DNA of 64,000 bases from a virus (taxonomy: Duplodnaviria > Caudoviricetes), in the IMG/VR virus record IMGVR_UViG_3300021387_001157, positions 96,001 through 160,000 of that record; one strand, 5' to 3'. A model generated the notes under the pieces. The model saw nothing but the letters and a program-made list of their open reading frames with translations. It was not told the DNA's origin and ran no database searches. How positions within the stretch are numbered: position 1 is the first letter of the stretch; each line of letters opens with the position of its first letter. Positions 11,537-22,383 of this stretch are shown piece by piece. The position numbers were made by a program, and so were the translations under genes.

Positions 11537-12178
11537 CTTCTTCCGTGTTTTATTCCTTTTTCTTTTTTTCTTTTTTTCTTGGCTCTATCAACCTTATATT
11601 TCGCCATATTACCCTTTGTGGTATCCTTATATATGATGTTTGGGACAACTGATGATAAGAAAGAAGATACTTGTGAGTTTTCATTATAATCCTCACATGT
11701 CTCTGCATCCATATTGTCTGTATGTCCAGCATTGCACCACCATCTACCAAGGTTTATCTGACATCCGTAATTTGAGCACTTACTGCAACGTTTTTCGTTA
11801 TCTTCCATCTTTTATTATTTTTATTGCTATCGTGTTTGGATGTATTCCGAAAATTTCCTTATTCACGTTACACAACCATATTGTATTTGTCTTAAATACG
11901 TATTTTGATTTTACGATATTGTATGTTGCACCAACATCATCCTCATCAATCTTATTGATGAGGATGTCAAAATTGTTGACCATAGAGTCATAGACTTTTT
12001 CTACAACATCTTCGTATACTATATCTAGATACACGTAACAATCATTTTCGGTGATTTTTAAAATTTCATCAAGTAGTTTGTCAGAACCATCAACCATCTG
12101 CATTTCAAGAATACGGTCGATTGAACATAGGTTATCAACGAACCAATGACCACAAACTTTTACAAACTTAATTCTCAT
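11533..12178 (-). CDS. Two hypothetical proteins (11533-11808, 11798-12178)
   Basis: Overlapping stop/start junctions. Confidence 0.6.
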
Positions 12179-13008
12179 TGTGGTATCATTTTCATTAATT
12201 CGTTTTTACCATCCATTTCAGACAATATTGGCATAGGAAATGGTTCCCAAAACATTCTCATGGTTGTATCTACACCATCTTTCACGAACTGTTCTGGAAT
12301 CTTTACTTCTTTCTCAATCTTTTTGATAAGTCTACCGAATTTGACTTCAGGTTCGAAGTCGTTCCAGTCAACTCCCTTTTCGTTTTTCAACATTTCAACC
12401 TGTTTGTCTGAATCAACACCGATGAGTTTGTTGTGTGACAACCAAGTCTGTGCTGTCTGCTGCTTCGAGTTACGGATACAGTCGAGCTGCCTGTAGAGGA
12501 ACCAAGCAAAAACGTCGTTGGCTGTAGGAACGTTCCACACCTTGCAATCGAACTGGAATGGTTTCATTGAAAGTATCTGATTTGACAAATTATCGAATTC
12601 TTTCTTCCAATCTTTTTCCACGTCACCTTCTGTACTCTTCATAATATTCTGTGAGAGAAACAACTGATTGAATCTACCGGTTGCAAGTGAAGCGGCAATC
12701 GACAACAATTTTGTCTGTCTCAATCCGAAAAATGAACCAGATGTCGGTTCGTCTTTGATATATAACGAGATTTCGTCTGACTGGACATAGGCGAACTGAA
12801 CACCAGGAATGTTCTCACACAAATACTGTGCAGTTAGGTTCATCAACCCAACAAATATAGGGTCGAATGGAAGTTTGAACCTTTTTTTAATTACTTTTGA
12901 AAATGACCTGCCGTCAAGCATCATAATGATGTGACCATTTGGCATTAAAGAGTGTTCTCCTCCTTTACGATAGTAAAGGCACTTGTCTGCTAATGAATCG
13001 AAAATCAT
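12175..13008 (-). CDS. Thg1-like tRNA guanylyltransferase / 3'-5' polymerase
   Basis: LDGRSFS, YVQSDEISL, FDCK, RQLDCIRNS motifs. Confidence 0.92.
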   Translation of the reverse strand: MIFDSLADKCLYYRKGGEHSLMPNGHIIMMLDGRSFSKVIKKRFKLPFDPIFVGLMNLTAQYLCENIPGVQFAYVQSDEISLYIKDEPTSGSFFGLRQTKLLSIAASLATGRFNQLFLSQNIMKSTEGDVEKDWKKEFDNLSNQILSMKPFQFDCKVWNVPTANDVFAWFLYRQLDCIRNSKQQTAQTWLSHNKLIGVDSDKQVEMLKNEKGVDWNDFEPEVKFGRLIKKIEKEVKIPEQFVKDGVDTTMRMFWEPFPMPILSEMDGKNELMKMIPQ

Positions 13009-13171
13009 ATCTTAATTTTTTATTTTTAATTCTATTCCGTACTTGTTACAACATTCATTAATGATATTAATAATCAACTATTTGTGATTTCCAACATAAT
13101 TGAGTTTATCGACATCAATGATGAACCTGTCGATACATATTATATGTTTCTTGTTATGTTTTTTATTCCAC

Positions 13172-13567
13172 TTACCACCTTCTATTGTAAATCTTGTTAT
13201 ACCAATTCATACCAAACCGTCCAAACCAACTTTTCTGTGAAAGATAGTATTTTCCTGTGAATACCCATTTCAATGGAAGACATATAAAACATTCTATTAT
13301 GTAAAAAACCAAAAATAACGGGAACGTAAGTCTCCATCCGAAATTTCCGGATGTTTCTTCTTCTTCCCAAGCATATGCTAAAAACGGCATATCCAAGTTT
13401 CCACGAATTCCACCGTTTCCGAATTCCTCAGTTAGTTTTCTTTTCTGCCACTCTTCCAACCCCTTTTTTCCACAATTTGCCTTTTTCAATGCTTTGTCAA
13501 TCAAATTGACTGTTTCAAAACCACTCAAAAGGCGGTATCTGTCTCCGAGATTTCTTACTAATTTCAT
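13172..13567 (-). CDS. Hypothetical membrane protein
   Basis: One hydrophobic segment. Confidence 0.6.
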   Translation of the reverse strand: MKLVRNLGDRYRLLSGFETVNLIDKALKKANCGKKGLEEWQKRKLTEEFGNGGIRGNLDMPFLAYAWEEEETSGNFGWRLTFPLFLVFYIIECFICLPLKWVFTGKYYLSQKSWFGRFGMNWYNKIYNRRW

Positions 13568-13569
13568 AA

Positions 13570-13977
13570 TTACATCATATATTTTTGATAAAAAATTTTA
13601 TAATCAATTTGTTTTTTCACCACACTTCCTTTATCTTCTATGATGGAAAATTCAAAATCATAGATTTTTTCATCCTTGATGTTATAGTTAATGTCTTTGA
13701 GTTGGTTGTCCAAATCTATTCCACATTTTCCAATCATAAAACCGGGTCTTATCACATATACAAAAATCGTTTTTCCCAAAACAATGATGTCTGTGATTTG
13801 GGGTGCCATCTTTCTTTTTGTCCAATATTTTGATATTTTTGATATTACATAATCAAATTCTTCTTTATTTTGAAGTTTTTTTCCAAGATACCACCAAATA
13901 GACGAGGTTATATTTTTTCCTCTTTGTCTATCTTTCAAACGGGTTTCGACAATTTTGATGAGTATTTTTTTAAACAT
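13570..13977 (-). CDS. KH-domain protein similar to the ribosomal protein S3 N-domain
   Basis: IFVYVIRPGFMIGKCG resembles S3 RPGxxIGKxG. Confidence 0.55.
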   Translation of the reverse strand: MFKKILIKIVETRLKDRQRGKNITSSIWWYLGKKLQNKEEFDYVISKISKYWTKRKMAPQITDIIVLGKTIFVYVIRPGFMIGKCGIDLDNQLKDINYNIKDEKIYDFEFSIIEDKGSVVKKQIDYKIFYQKYMM

Positions 13978-13994
13978 AATCTAATATTTTTTAA

Positions 13995-14007
13995 AAAGAT
14001 ACTATTT
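13995..14007 (-). promoter_or_regulatory. Recurrent motif AATAGTATCTTT (putative promoter, class B, Bacteroidetes -7-like)
   Basis: Also near 6118, 8373, 31728, 43408, 47528, 62816 and 63045; TCGTATCTTTGCA at about 41638-41651 matches TAnnTTTG. Confidence 0.65.
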
Positions 14008-14085
14008 TTTTGTGAAACTTACAAATTAAATATAACAAAAAATCCACCCCTTCCGGAGTGGATTTTCGAAAAATGATTTTATTTT

Positions 14086-17000
14086 TTAGAATGTAAATGT
14101 GTCTGTAGATGTTGTTGCCCCATCAACTCTAACAACATCACCACTATTGAATGTTCTCGATGTGAACAAGGCGATATGGTCTGTCACATTAACCGTTTCC
14201 ATCAATGTACCATTGACATATAATTTTGCCGAACTTCCATCGTTTGTGTAGCATTTTATAACCCTGTCGGTTGTTTTGGTGTAGTCTTTACCACATATAT
14301 GGATAAACTTGTCAGTATTGTTCCACTCGGCCTTGTAAAGATAGAACGTGTCTTTCTTCGTAACATGGTCTCTTTCTACAAGACCCTTGTTGTTCAATCT
14401 CCTCAAACTATCATCTGTTGATACGGTTTCACCGTCAAGACATACCGTGTAACCTTCATTTCTGTTGGCGACGGCAATGTCAAACAACTGCCATTCTGCT
14501 GTGAAGAGCAATTGTGGGAAGTTCCTGATGGCGGCAAGTTGTCCCTCATGCAACCACATTTGATATTCAATGTCGTGTCTTTCGTGATTACCTCTTGTTG
14601 TTGTATTCAAAAAGGCATCCGAATGACAATGTTGAGTACCACCACAACCATATTCAGAATATGCAAACGGTTTACTTATTCTATTGACCGTGTTGTTAAT
14701 ACGTGAGTTTAGTCGAGTTGTTGGATTGTTTGAGTTTGTATCAATATACCAACCGGTATAAATATTTCCGCCAAACCAATCAACACCACTTGGGTCATTA
14801 TAGTAACCACTTGGGTTATCATAGCTGTGACTCATAACATAACCAACCAAACGTTCAGAATCGAGACTCTTTATGATTGATGCATAATTCTCAATCTTTG
14901 CTTTTGCAAAAGTCTTGTCATCGGTCGTTGTCTCATTCGACAATCCCCAGAACATAATGCAAGGGTGATTATAGTGTTGGTTGACCATATCTCTATATTG
15001 TCCTTCCAAGTGTGTGTAGTAGTCTTCTGGCATTGTTGATTGCATCTTGTTGACACATGGAACCTCTGTTTGTACAATTATACCCAATCTGTCACACCAG
15101 TCATATACCTCTTTCGGGTGTGGGTAGTGTGCAAGACGGATGAAGTTACATCCGAGTTCATGTATGATTGCAAATTCTTGTGTATAATCTGCTGCATTCA
15201 AAGCGTTTGCTTTACCATCCAAGTCATCGTGCATACATACACCTCTCAAATAATATGGTTGTCCGTTTAGCAAGAAACCTGTGTATGGGTTGTTGTTCAC
15301 TAAAACATTCTCATCGTTTATCACATAACTATAATATCTCAATCCGTAATCTCTCTGGAATCTATGATACAAGGTTCCATTCTTACTTATTTCCAAAGTT
15401 ATAGTGTACATGTGTGGGTCAGAAATACCATTCCACAAGTGTGGATTTTGAATGGTCGTATAGAATGTCATCTCTTCACCATCACTAATTTTCGTATCAC
15501 TCCAGTTATATGTTCCGTCATCGATTGTGCATACAACTGATGAACCCGATGGGATGGTTGTATTGACATAGACTGTGGCCGATGAAGATGTCACGTTAGA
15601 TGTCACATGGAATCCGTCATAACCATATTTTGTTGCTGGAAGACAAGGAGATGTTAGTAGTTTCACATTACCGAGTGTGGCGTTGAAGTTAAAGTCTCCT
15701 GCCGCCGGTGCTAGTGTGCTTCTTGTCTGGTTACAGAGAGCAACCTTGATGTTATTTGTTCCTTGATGGACATAGTTTGATATGTCCGAGAAGAAAGCGT
15801 TATAACCACCCCAATGAGTATCCACCTTTACGTTATCTACATATATGTCAGCAGATTGGTCTGCATGTTGGAACCATAGATACGTTGGTTGTGCTTCCCT
15901 CAAAGCAAAACTTGTTTCGAAATTGAATGTACCTTTTGCATAAGATGACGAATGACCGTCAATCTGGTTTACGGAATATGGTGTCGTTATCATATTGCCG
16001 TTATAAGTCCAAGAATCAAGTATTCTATTTGATGCTTCTATTGGGACATTTGAAACATATACACATTTTTTCAAAGTTACCGTACTTGTGTTTCCACCGA
16101 ATGTTGAATATGCCTCAATTATTGTCGTTGTATTAATTGTTATTGGTGAATTATACACAGAATAATTTCCTGTATTGTTCAACCTATAATAGATAGTTGC
16201 ATCTTGTGTTACACAAGTTATTGTAATTGTGTCAAATCCGTCATAAGAGATAACCGGTGATACAACTGCTGAATCGTTCTGTGTCACCCATCCAGATGGA
16301 ATACCACTTAGACCAGTATCCCATGTTGTGTTACCGTCCTTTACAAATGTACCGGTTGCCGATACGTCTTTTGTCCAGTTCTGTAAACAGTTCGTTGCTG
16401 ACCTATTTGTTGCAAGACATTTGATAAAGTTAAGGTTTGAACATCCTGTGAACATACTACCATAACAATATTGTGCAAGTGATGTTGCAGGAAGTTCTGG
16501 TGCAGTAGTGATTGCAGTTTTTTCAAACATATAGTAATAGCAATACTGTTCAAGGGTTGTTGCTGGCAATTTTGGTGGTGTTGTTAATGACGATGCAAAA
16601 CTAAACATAGCACGATAACAACTTCCTTTTAATGTCGTTGCTGGCAATATGAGATTTTCTGCCGATATTACGTTTGACATTTTAAATATAGAACAGAAAA
16701 TATAGGAATAATTAGGAAGTGTATCATTTCCTATGAAATTATCACCATATAACAAACTATGTATATTACCCTCTATATCAAATGTTGCAGTACCACCTTG
16801 AAATCCCGAATAATTACTCTTGTCTTTGGCGTAGGACGACTCGGTACCCTTAAATCTCACAACATCATTTTGACTTACATTTATTGAAGATGAACTACTT
16901 GCTAACAATGAAGTCCACTCTCCATCGTTTATACTATATTGGATTGTTTTTGCAAAACCAGAACCTATTGAGTTCCAAATGATAGTACCACCAGTCAATA

Positions 17001-19473
17001 CTCTGAATGTCAAATAGTCTTGACTATAATCATGTACGGGATTATAAACACAAGTTTCTGTTACGATACTGCTTGTTCTACCGTGAATGGTTGAATATGT
17101 TTCAACGACTGTATCTGCAAGTATCGGAATCGGTTCTGTGTATTGTGTATAACTTCCTGTACCGTCAAGTTTGTACATAATTGTTGCACCTTGTGTTGCA
17201 CATGTAATAGTTACTTGTGAACAATTGCAAGTTACCACTGGACTTACAAGTATAACTGGATTATATACACAAGTTTCCGTCGTATGCAAACTACTATGTC
17301 CATTCAACTCTGCATATGCCTCTACAATGGTTGTTGCATTGATTGGGAAAGAATCACTATATTCTATGTAATTACCACTATCAAGTTTGTACCAAATCGT
17401 TACACTAGGTGTGTCACATACTATACTGACATATTCGCCATCACAATATATAACAGGTTGTTCTATAACGAATCTGTACTCACAATTTTCTGTGATTGTA
17501 TTACTTGTACGATTATCCAAAACAGAATATGCTTCAACAGTTACGTCTTCACTTATTGCTATCGGAGTAGTGTATGTCAAAAAGTTTCCACTCTCATTAA
17601 GTCTATACATGATTGTTGCATTCTGTGTTGCACAGGTGATAGATACTTGTGTTCCATTACAAGTTATAACCGGCGGATATAATGTAGGTGGTACATATCT
17701 ACACACCTCTGAAACCGTTGCTGTTGTCCTAGTACTTAACGTAGAATATGCTTCAACGGTTGTTGTTGCATTAATTGAGAATGGTACTGTGTATTGGGCA
17801 AATTCACCATCATTGACTCTGTAATAAATGTCTGCACCAATTGTCGAGCATGTTATACTTACCTCTTCTCCGTCACATGTTATCTCTGGTGTCGATATTC
17901 TTGACAATTTCGTTATTTGGAAATTCAAAACATCTATTTTTGAATATCTGTATGGGTCGCCATTTGAATCCAATCCATATCCTACACAAACAGTCAAGTA
18001 CTTGAGTTCTTCTATATCAGGGAATAACTTATTAGACGTATAGACTGTTGTGTTACCAATAAGTTCTTTACAAATAAATTTATCGGTTGCAGCACTTGGG
18101 TCGTATACTATCTGAATATTATATTCTGCAAGCTTGTTTTCTTGCACCCATCTTTGTGGAGTGATTTGAGTGTTTATGTTTGAACCACTTTCAAACTGAG
18201 TACCCAATATGATATACTTGTTGTTATTACTCTGTCTCAACTGGAAACCATACCAAGGTTCTGGGTCAGCCCTTTTCATCGTAAGTATTTGATGGTGGTT
18301 TTCGTTCTGACCGGCGGGGTTATTCGTCACATCAACTATAAAGTGCATATTGAGTACGAAACCATCTGTCATATCAAATCCGTAAAATTCTGTATTAACA
18401 CCATCTCCGTTAAAGTTTTTTTCACCATTTTCATTACCTGTAGTGTCAATATTATATCCAGTTATGACTTCATTGCCTTCAGAGTCATACCCTATTTCCT
18501 GTGTTGAGATGTTACCACTTGTATCACCTTCAACGTTTTCACCCCTTACTGGGTCTCCATTTTCATCAAAATTGGTCGTAGAACCACTGTAACTTCCGTC
18601 AGTATTGTTGATGACGGTACTTTCGGATGAAGTTCCATCCGAATTTGTTGTCTGTGTCTGTGTGGTTGTCGAACCGGTCGTAGCATCCGGAGCCGAAGTT
18701 GTGGATTGTGTACTTGATGAAGTTCCGTCGGAATTTATAGTGGTCGAACTTGTGAACGAACTTCCGTCAGTGGCGGTAGTTGTTGTAGATGTAGTTGAAC
18801 TCCAACTTCCGTCTTCGTTCATAGTCGTACTTGTGCTCTCTGTCGTAACATCTCTGGTGTTTGGGTCTGTTGTCTCGACACTTGTCTCAGTGGTGATACT
18901 TCCGTCTTCGTTTTCAACAATTGTTGTTGCAGAAGTATTACTGTATACGAGTTGGATTGTCTTTGTTGCAGTATATCCAAGATAGGAAACCTGTACGGTG
19001 ATGCTTCCACTATCTAAAATAGTGAAAGCACCCGTACTTTCGATTATTCCGTTATTAATATGTGACGAACCACTTGTTACAGTGATTGTTGTACTACTCG
19101 TGATATTTTCTGAGTTGAACTTAACAATGATGTTTCCTTCCGTTCCAGTTATAGTTGCAGGAGACTCTATAATCAACTCGTTATCGTATGTCACTGTTAT
19201 GGACTTTGTTGCAGTATATGTTCTATTATTGGAAACATATGATGCAGAAACGATTACCACATTGTTTATTGAACCAGATTCAATAAAGACTTTTCCGTTT
19301 TGATTTATGGTGGCATAGTTATTACCACTTGTTATAGACCAAGTTGGTTGAACATCATTTCCATCAAAAGTCGAGGTTAGGTTAAGAGATTTTCCTTGTA
19401 CAGAACTAGGACCAGATATTAAGAATGTGTGTTCAACAACACTTATGTAGTAATATGATGTTCGTCTTGCCAT
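14086..19473 (-). CDS. 1795-aa multidomain protein: Ig-like domains, T/S-rich linker, Fn3/CHB_HEX_C-like repeats, LRR-like segment, C-terminal GH2 glycosidase; probable virion adhesin or depolymerase
   Basis: Repeats PxITCxG..V.I.C.T....I.Y; LPATTL...CY..MF repeats; GH2 motifs RGVCMH, RLAHYP, WGLSNE, YSEYG. Confidence 0.85.
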   Translation of the reverse strand: MARRTSYYYISVVEHTFLISGPSSVQGKSLNLTSTFDGNDVQPTWSITSGNNYATINQNGKVFIESGSINNVVIVSASYVSNNRTYTATKSITVTYDNELIIESPATITGTEGNIIVKFNSENITSSTTITVTSGSSHINNGIIESTGAFTILDSGSITVQVSYLGYTATKTIQLVYSNTSATTIVENEDGSITTETSVETTDPNTRDVTTESTSTTMNEDGSWSSTTSTTTTATDGSSFTSSTTINSDGTSSSTQSTTSAPDATTGSTTTQTQTTNSDGTSSESTVINNTDGSYSGSTTNFDENGDPVRGENVEGDTSGNISTQEIGYDSEGNEVITGYNIDTTGNENGEKNFNGDGVNTEFYGFDMTDGFVLNMHFIVDVTNNPAGQNENHHQILTMKRADPEPWYGFQLRQSNNNKYIILGTQFESGSNINTQITPQRWVQENKLAEYNIQIVYDPSAATDKFICKELIGNTTVYTSNKLFPDIEELKYLTVCVGYGLDSNGDPYRYSKIDVLNFQITKLSRISTPEITCDGEEVSITCSTIGADIYYRVNDGEFAQYTVPFSINATTTVEAYSTLSTRTTATVSEVCRYVPPTLYPPVITCNGTQVSITCATQNATIMYRLNESGNFLTYTTPIAISEDVTVEAYSVLDNRTSNTITENCEYRFVIEQPVIYCDGEYVSIVCDTPSVTIWYKLDSGNYIEYSDSFPINATTIVEAYAELNGHSSLHTTETCVYNPVILVSPVVTCNCSQVTITCATQGATIMYKLDGTGSYTQYTEPIPILADTVVETYSTIHGRTSSIVTETCVYNPVHDYSQDYLTFRVLTGGTIIWNSIGSGFAKTIQYSINDGEWTSLLASSSSSINVSQNDVVRFKGTESSYAKDKSNYSGFQGGTATFDIEGNIHSLLYGDNFIGNDTLPNYSYIFCSIFKMSNVISAENLILPATTLKGSCYRAMFSFASSLTTPPKLPATTLEQYCYYYMFEKTAITTAPELPATSLAQYCYGSMFTGCSNLNFIKCLATNRSATNCLQNWTKDVSATGTFVKDGNTTWDTGLSGIPSGWVTQNDSAVVSPVISYDGFDTITITCVTQDATIYYRLNNTGNYSVYNSPITINTTTIIEAYSTFGGNTSTVTLKKCVYVSNVPIEASNRILDSWTYNGNMITTPYSVNQIDGHSSSYAKGTFNFETSFALREAQPTYLWFQHADQSADIYVDNVKVDTHWGGYNAFFSDISNYVHQGTNNIKVALCNQTRSTLAPAAGDFNFNATLGNVKLLTSPCLPATKYGYDGFHVTSNVTSSSATVYVNTTIPSGSSVVCTIDDGTYNWSDTKISDGEEMTFYTTIQNPHLWNGISDPHMYTITLEISKNGTLYHRFQRDYGLRYYSYVINDENVLVNNNPYTGFLLNGQPYYLRGVCMHDDLDGKANALNAADYTQEFAIIHELGCNFIRLAHYPHPKEVYDWCDRLGIIVQTEVPCVNKMQSTMPEDYYTHLEGQYRDMVNQHYNHPCIMFWGLSNETTTDDKTFAKAKIENYASIIKSLDSERLVGYVMSHSYDNPSGYYNDPSGVDWFGGNIYTGWYIDTNSNNPTTRLNSRINNTVNRISKPFAYSEYGCGGTQHCHSDAFLNTTTRGNHERHDIEYQMWLHEGQLAAIRNFPQLLFTAEWQLFDIAVANRNEGYTVCLDGETVSTDDSLRRLNNKGLVERDHVTKKDTFYLYKAEWNNTDKFIHICGKDYTKTTDRVIKCYTNDGSSAKLYVNGTLMETVNVTDHIALFTSRTFNSGDVVRVDGATTSTDTFTF

Positions 19474-19481
19474 ATTTTAGA

Positions 19482-21782
19482 TTATTGTTGTATTGCTTGT
19501 ATTTGAGATGCTTTATCACTCCAATATTGTGCTCCTTTATATGCCTCTACACTTTCAGTAGGTACATAGATTGTATAATTTGCATGAGTTGGAAGTGTAT
19601 CATATTTTATAGTTGGAGTAGTTGTGTTTAATGATGTAATTGAAGTAATACCACTACACCTATAGAAAGCACCACCTCCAATACTTGTTACTGAGTTAGG
19701 TATTGTGATTGAAGTTAGGCCACTACAACTACTGAAAGCATTATCTCCAATACTTGTCACTGAATCGGGTATTGTGACAGAAGTAAGACCACTACAACCA
19801 TTGAAAGCCCTACTTCCAATACTTGTCACTGAGTTAGGTATTGTGATAGAAGTAAGACCTCTACAACCAGAGAAAGCATTACTTCCAATACTTGTCACTG
19901 AATCGGGTATTGTGACAGAAGTAAGACCACTACAACCAGAGAAAGCACTACCTCCAATACTTGTCACAGAGTTAGGTATTGTGATAGAAGTAAGACCTAT
20001 ACAACCAGAGAAAGCATACTCTCCAATACTTGTCACTGAGTCAGGAATAATTACATTATTACCAATTATATTAATATCAGCACCAGCTAAAGTAGTTTTA
20101 GTACTATCGGTATATAAAAATCCATTATCAAAAATACCATTCCTAACTAATGCACCCCAGTTATTATTATTAGTATCTTCTGCATTTCCAGTATAATTAA
20201 TATTCTTTACTCCATTGAAAGCCCTACTTCCAATACTTGTCACAGAGTTAGGTATTGTGACAGAAGTAAGACCACTACAACCAGAGAAAGCATAATCTCC
20301 AATACTTGTCACTGAATCGGGTATTGTGACAGAAGTAAGACCACTACAACCAGAGAAAGCATAATCTCCAATACTTGTCACTGAATCGGGTATTGTGATA
20401 GAAGTAAGACCACTACAACCATTGAAAGCCCTACTTCCAATACTTGTCACTGAATCGGGTATTGTGACAGAAGTAAGACGAGTACAACCTTTGAAAGCAT
20501 TACTTCCAATACTTGTCACAGAGTTGGGTATAGTGACTGAAGTAAGACCTCTACAACCAGAGAAAGCATAATCTCCAATACTTGTCACAGAGTTGGGTAT
20601 AGTGACTGAAGTAAGACCAGTACAACCTTGGAAAGCACTTTCACAAATACTTTTCACAGAGTTGGGTATTGTTACAGAAGTAAGACTGTAACAATCAGAG
20701 AAAGCAAACTTTCCAATACTTGTTACAGAGTCGGGTATTATTGTATTTTTACATCCAACAATTAACGTATTGGTTGATGTCTCTATAATAGCGTTACAAT
20801 TATTACGACTATCATATTTAGTATTACCATCAGAAACTACTATTGAACTAAGACCACTACAACCACCGAAAGCATAATCTCCAATACTTGTCACAGAGTT
20901 AGGTATTGTGATAGAAGTAAGACCTCTACAACCAGAGAAAGCATACTCTCCAATACTTGTCACTGAATCGGGTATTGTGACAGAAGTAAGACCACTACAA
21001 CTAGAGAAAGCATAATCTCCAATACTTGTCACTGAATCGGGTATTGTGACAGAAGTAAGACCACTACAAGCAAAGAAAGCCCAAATACCAATACTTGTCA
21101 CATCACCGTCAAAAGTAATAATTCCAACCCCATTTTTATAAACATTAGTATTAATTGTTGCACCAAAAACATCTGATTTATATGGAGTCACTACATTTCC
21201 ATTACTACTCGTATAATATATCACAGTTTTTTGTGGTTGTGTTATAGGCATTTCAATCGATTTTGAAATTATCCAGTTATAATCCATAACTTTAGTTGAT
21301 ATTTCAATACCATTATTTGCATGAAGTGTTATTGGTGTTAAATCACCAATTATACATACACTTTGTATAATTGGAACAAGTGTTATAGTCAAATCAGACG
21401 AAGATGTATTTTTTAGTAAGAAATAGTGAATGTACTCGTTACCAAACGAGTTATTGTTCTTTGAAGGAAAATTGATTGGAATTTCAATTGTTGTTCCAGT
21501 AATGTTTACTGCCGTAGAGTCAAATTCAACGAGTGTGTATGAATTATTAGTATTTGTTATTTTGTTGATATAATCATTTGAACCAAAGTATGAAAACATT
21601 TCAGTATCATAATATGTTTGGTCAGATGTGTATTTTTTTGACTGAGTAATTGTCTCAGGTCTAGAAAACCTATCACCGCCGACATATATTGACTTTGACT
21701 TTGTGTCAAAAACAATTACACCAGAGTTTGAATCTTCTGATAAATTAAACCATTTTCTTTTAAATTTTACTTTAGTTGGCAT
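19482..21782 (-). CDS. BspA-type (LRR_5) leucine-rich repeat protein
   Basis: About 18 copies of TSVTIPxSVTSIGxxAFxxCxxL. Confidence 0.93.
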   Translation of the reverse strand: MPTKVKFKRKWFNLSEDSNSGVIVFDTKSKSIYVGGDRFSRPETITQSKKYTSDQTYYDTEMFSYFGSNDYINKITNTNNSYTLVEFDSTAVNITGTTIEIPINFPSKNNNSFGNEYIHYFLLKNTSSSDLTITLVPIIQSVCIIGDLTPITLHANNGIEISTKVMDYNWIISKSIEMPITQPQKTVIYYTSSNGNVVTPYKSDVFGATINTNVYKNGVGIITFDGDVTSIGIWAFFACSGLTSVTIPDSVTSIGDYAFSSCSGLTSVTIPDSVTSIGEYAFSGCRGLTSITIPNSVTSIGDYAFGGCSGLSSIVVSDGNTKYDSRNNCNAIIETSTNTLIVGCKNTIIPDSVTSIGKFAFSDCYSLTSVTIPNSVKSICESAFQGCTGLTSVTIPNSVTSIGDYAFSGCRGLTSVTIPNSVTSIGSNAFKGCTRLTSVTIPDSVTSIGSRAFNGCSGLTSITIPDSVTSIGDYAFSGCSGLTSVTIPDSVTSIGDYAFSGCSGLTSVTIPNSVTSIGSRAFNGVKNINYTGNAEDTNNNNWGALVRNGIFDNGFLYTDSTKTTLAGADINIIGNNVIIPDSVTSIGEYAFSGCIGLTSITIPNSVTSIGGSAFSGCSGLTSVTIPDSVTSIGSNAFSGCRGLTSITIPNSVTSIGSRAFNGCSGLTSVTIPDSVTSIGDNAFSSCSGLTSITIPNSVTSIGGGAFYRCSGITSITSLNTTTPTIKYDTLPTHANYTIYVPTESVEAYKGAQYWSDKASQIQAIQQ
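19640..21100 (-). repeat. 69-bp near-identical tandem repeats (LRR units) in three blocks
   Basis: Recurrent ccaatacttgtcac...ggtattgtga.agaagtaagacc.ctacaacc. Confidence 0.92.
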
Positions 21783-21813
21783 ATTTTTTTTATATTTTTT
21801 TTATTTACATTAT

Positions 21814-22380
21814 TTATGATAACCAATGGTGTCTGCAAACAGATTTATATGTTATATTTTCTGTTTCTATTGCAACTGGTTTCACAATTCCTTTTTCCCG
21901 TACACCATTGATATATCTGATATGGGCTACCGCTTTATGTGAGCATCCTTCTATTTCACAAGGGACTTCTATTTCATTCGTCTCGTCGGCAAGAGCCAAA
22001 AGTGACGCTGCACCAGAGAACAAGTCTCCGTTCACATCTGTCTTTAAACCATAACAAATAACTTCTTTTTCTTCTGCAACTTTACAGAGAACCATAACAT
22101 CTTCTTTTGTCAAAAACTGTGCCTCATCGACAAACAATGTATTGAAGTCCAATTTCGAAAGTTCTGAAGACAAATCTGCATAATAGTACGATGGTTCCTC
22201 ATACTTTGTAATTCTTGATTTCGTAATTCCCCATCCGACAAAGTTTCCTTCCCTGTTGTCTATACACGGTTTGACAATAATCGGTTTCTTTCCACGACGT
22301 TTGTATGAGTCGAATTTGGTGAGCATTGCCGTGGTCTTTCCACTTCCCATACATCCATAGTTAAAAACAAGTTTTCCCAT
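21814..22380 (-). CDS. tdk: Thymidine kinase
   Basis: GCMGSGKT, VDEAQF, YGLKTD, C-terminal Zn motif ending YKSVCRHH. Confidence 0.93.
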   Translation of the reverse strand: MGKLVFNYGCMGSGKTTAMLTKFDSYKRRGKKPIIVKPCIDNREGNFVGWGITKSRITKYEEPSYYYADLSSELSKLDFNTLFVDEAQFLTKEDVMVLCKVAEEKEVICYGLKTDVNGDLFSGAASLLALADETNEIEVPCEIEGCSHKAVAHIRYINGVREKGIVKPVAIETENITYKSVCRHHWLS

Positions 22381-22383
22381 ATA

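Noticed and set aside
19640-21100. CRISPR array or DGR variable repeat
   Set aside because: The repeats are in-frame 69-bp coding LRR units without unique spacers, and no RT or template repeat is present
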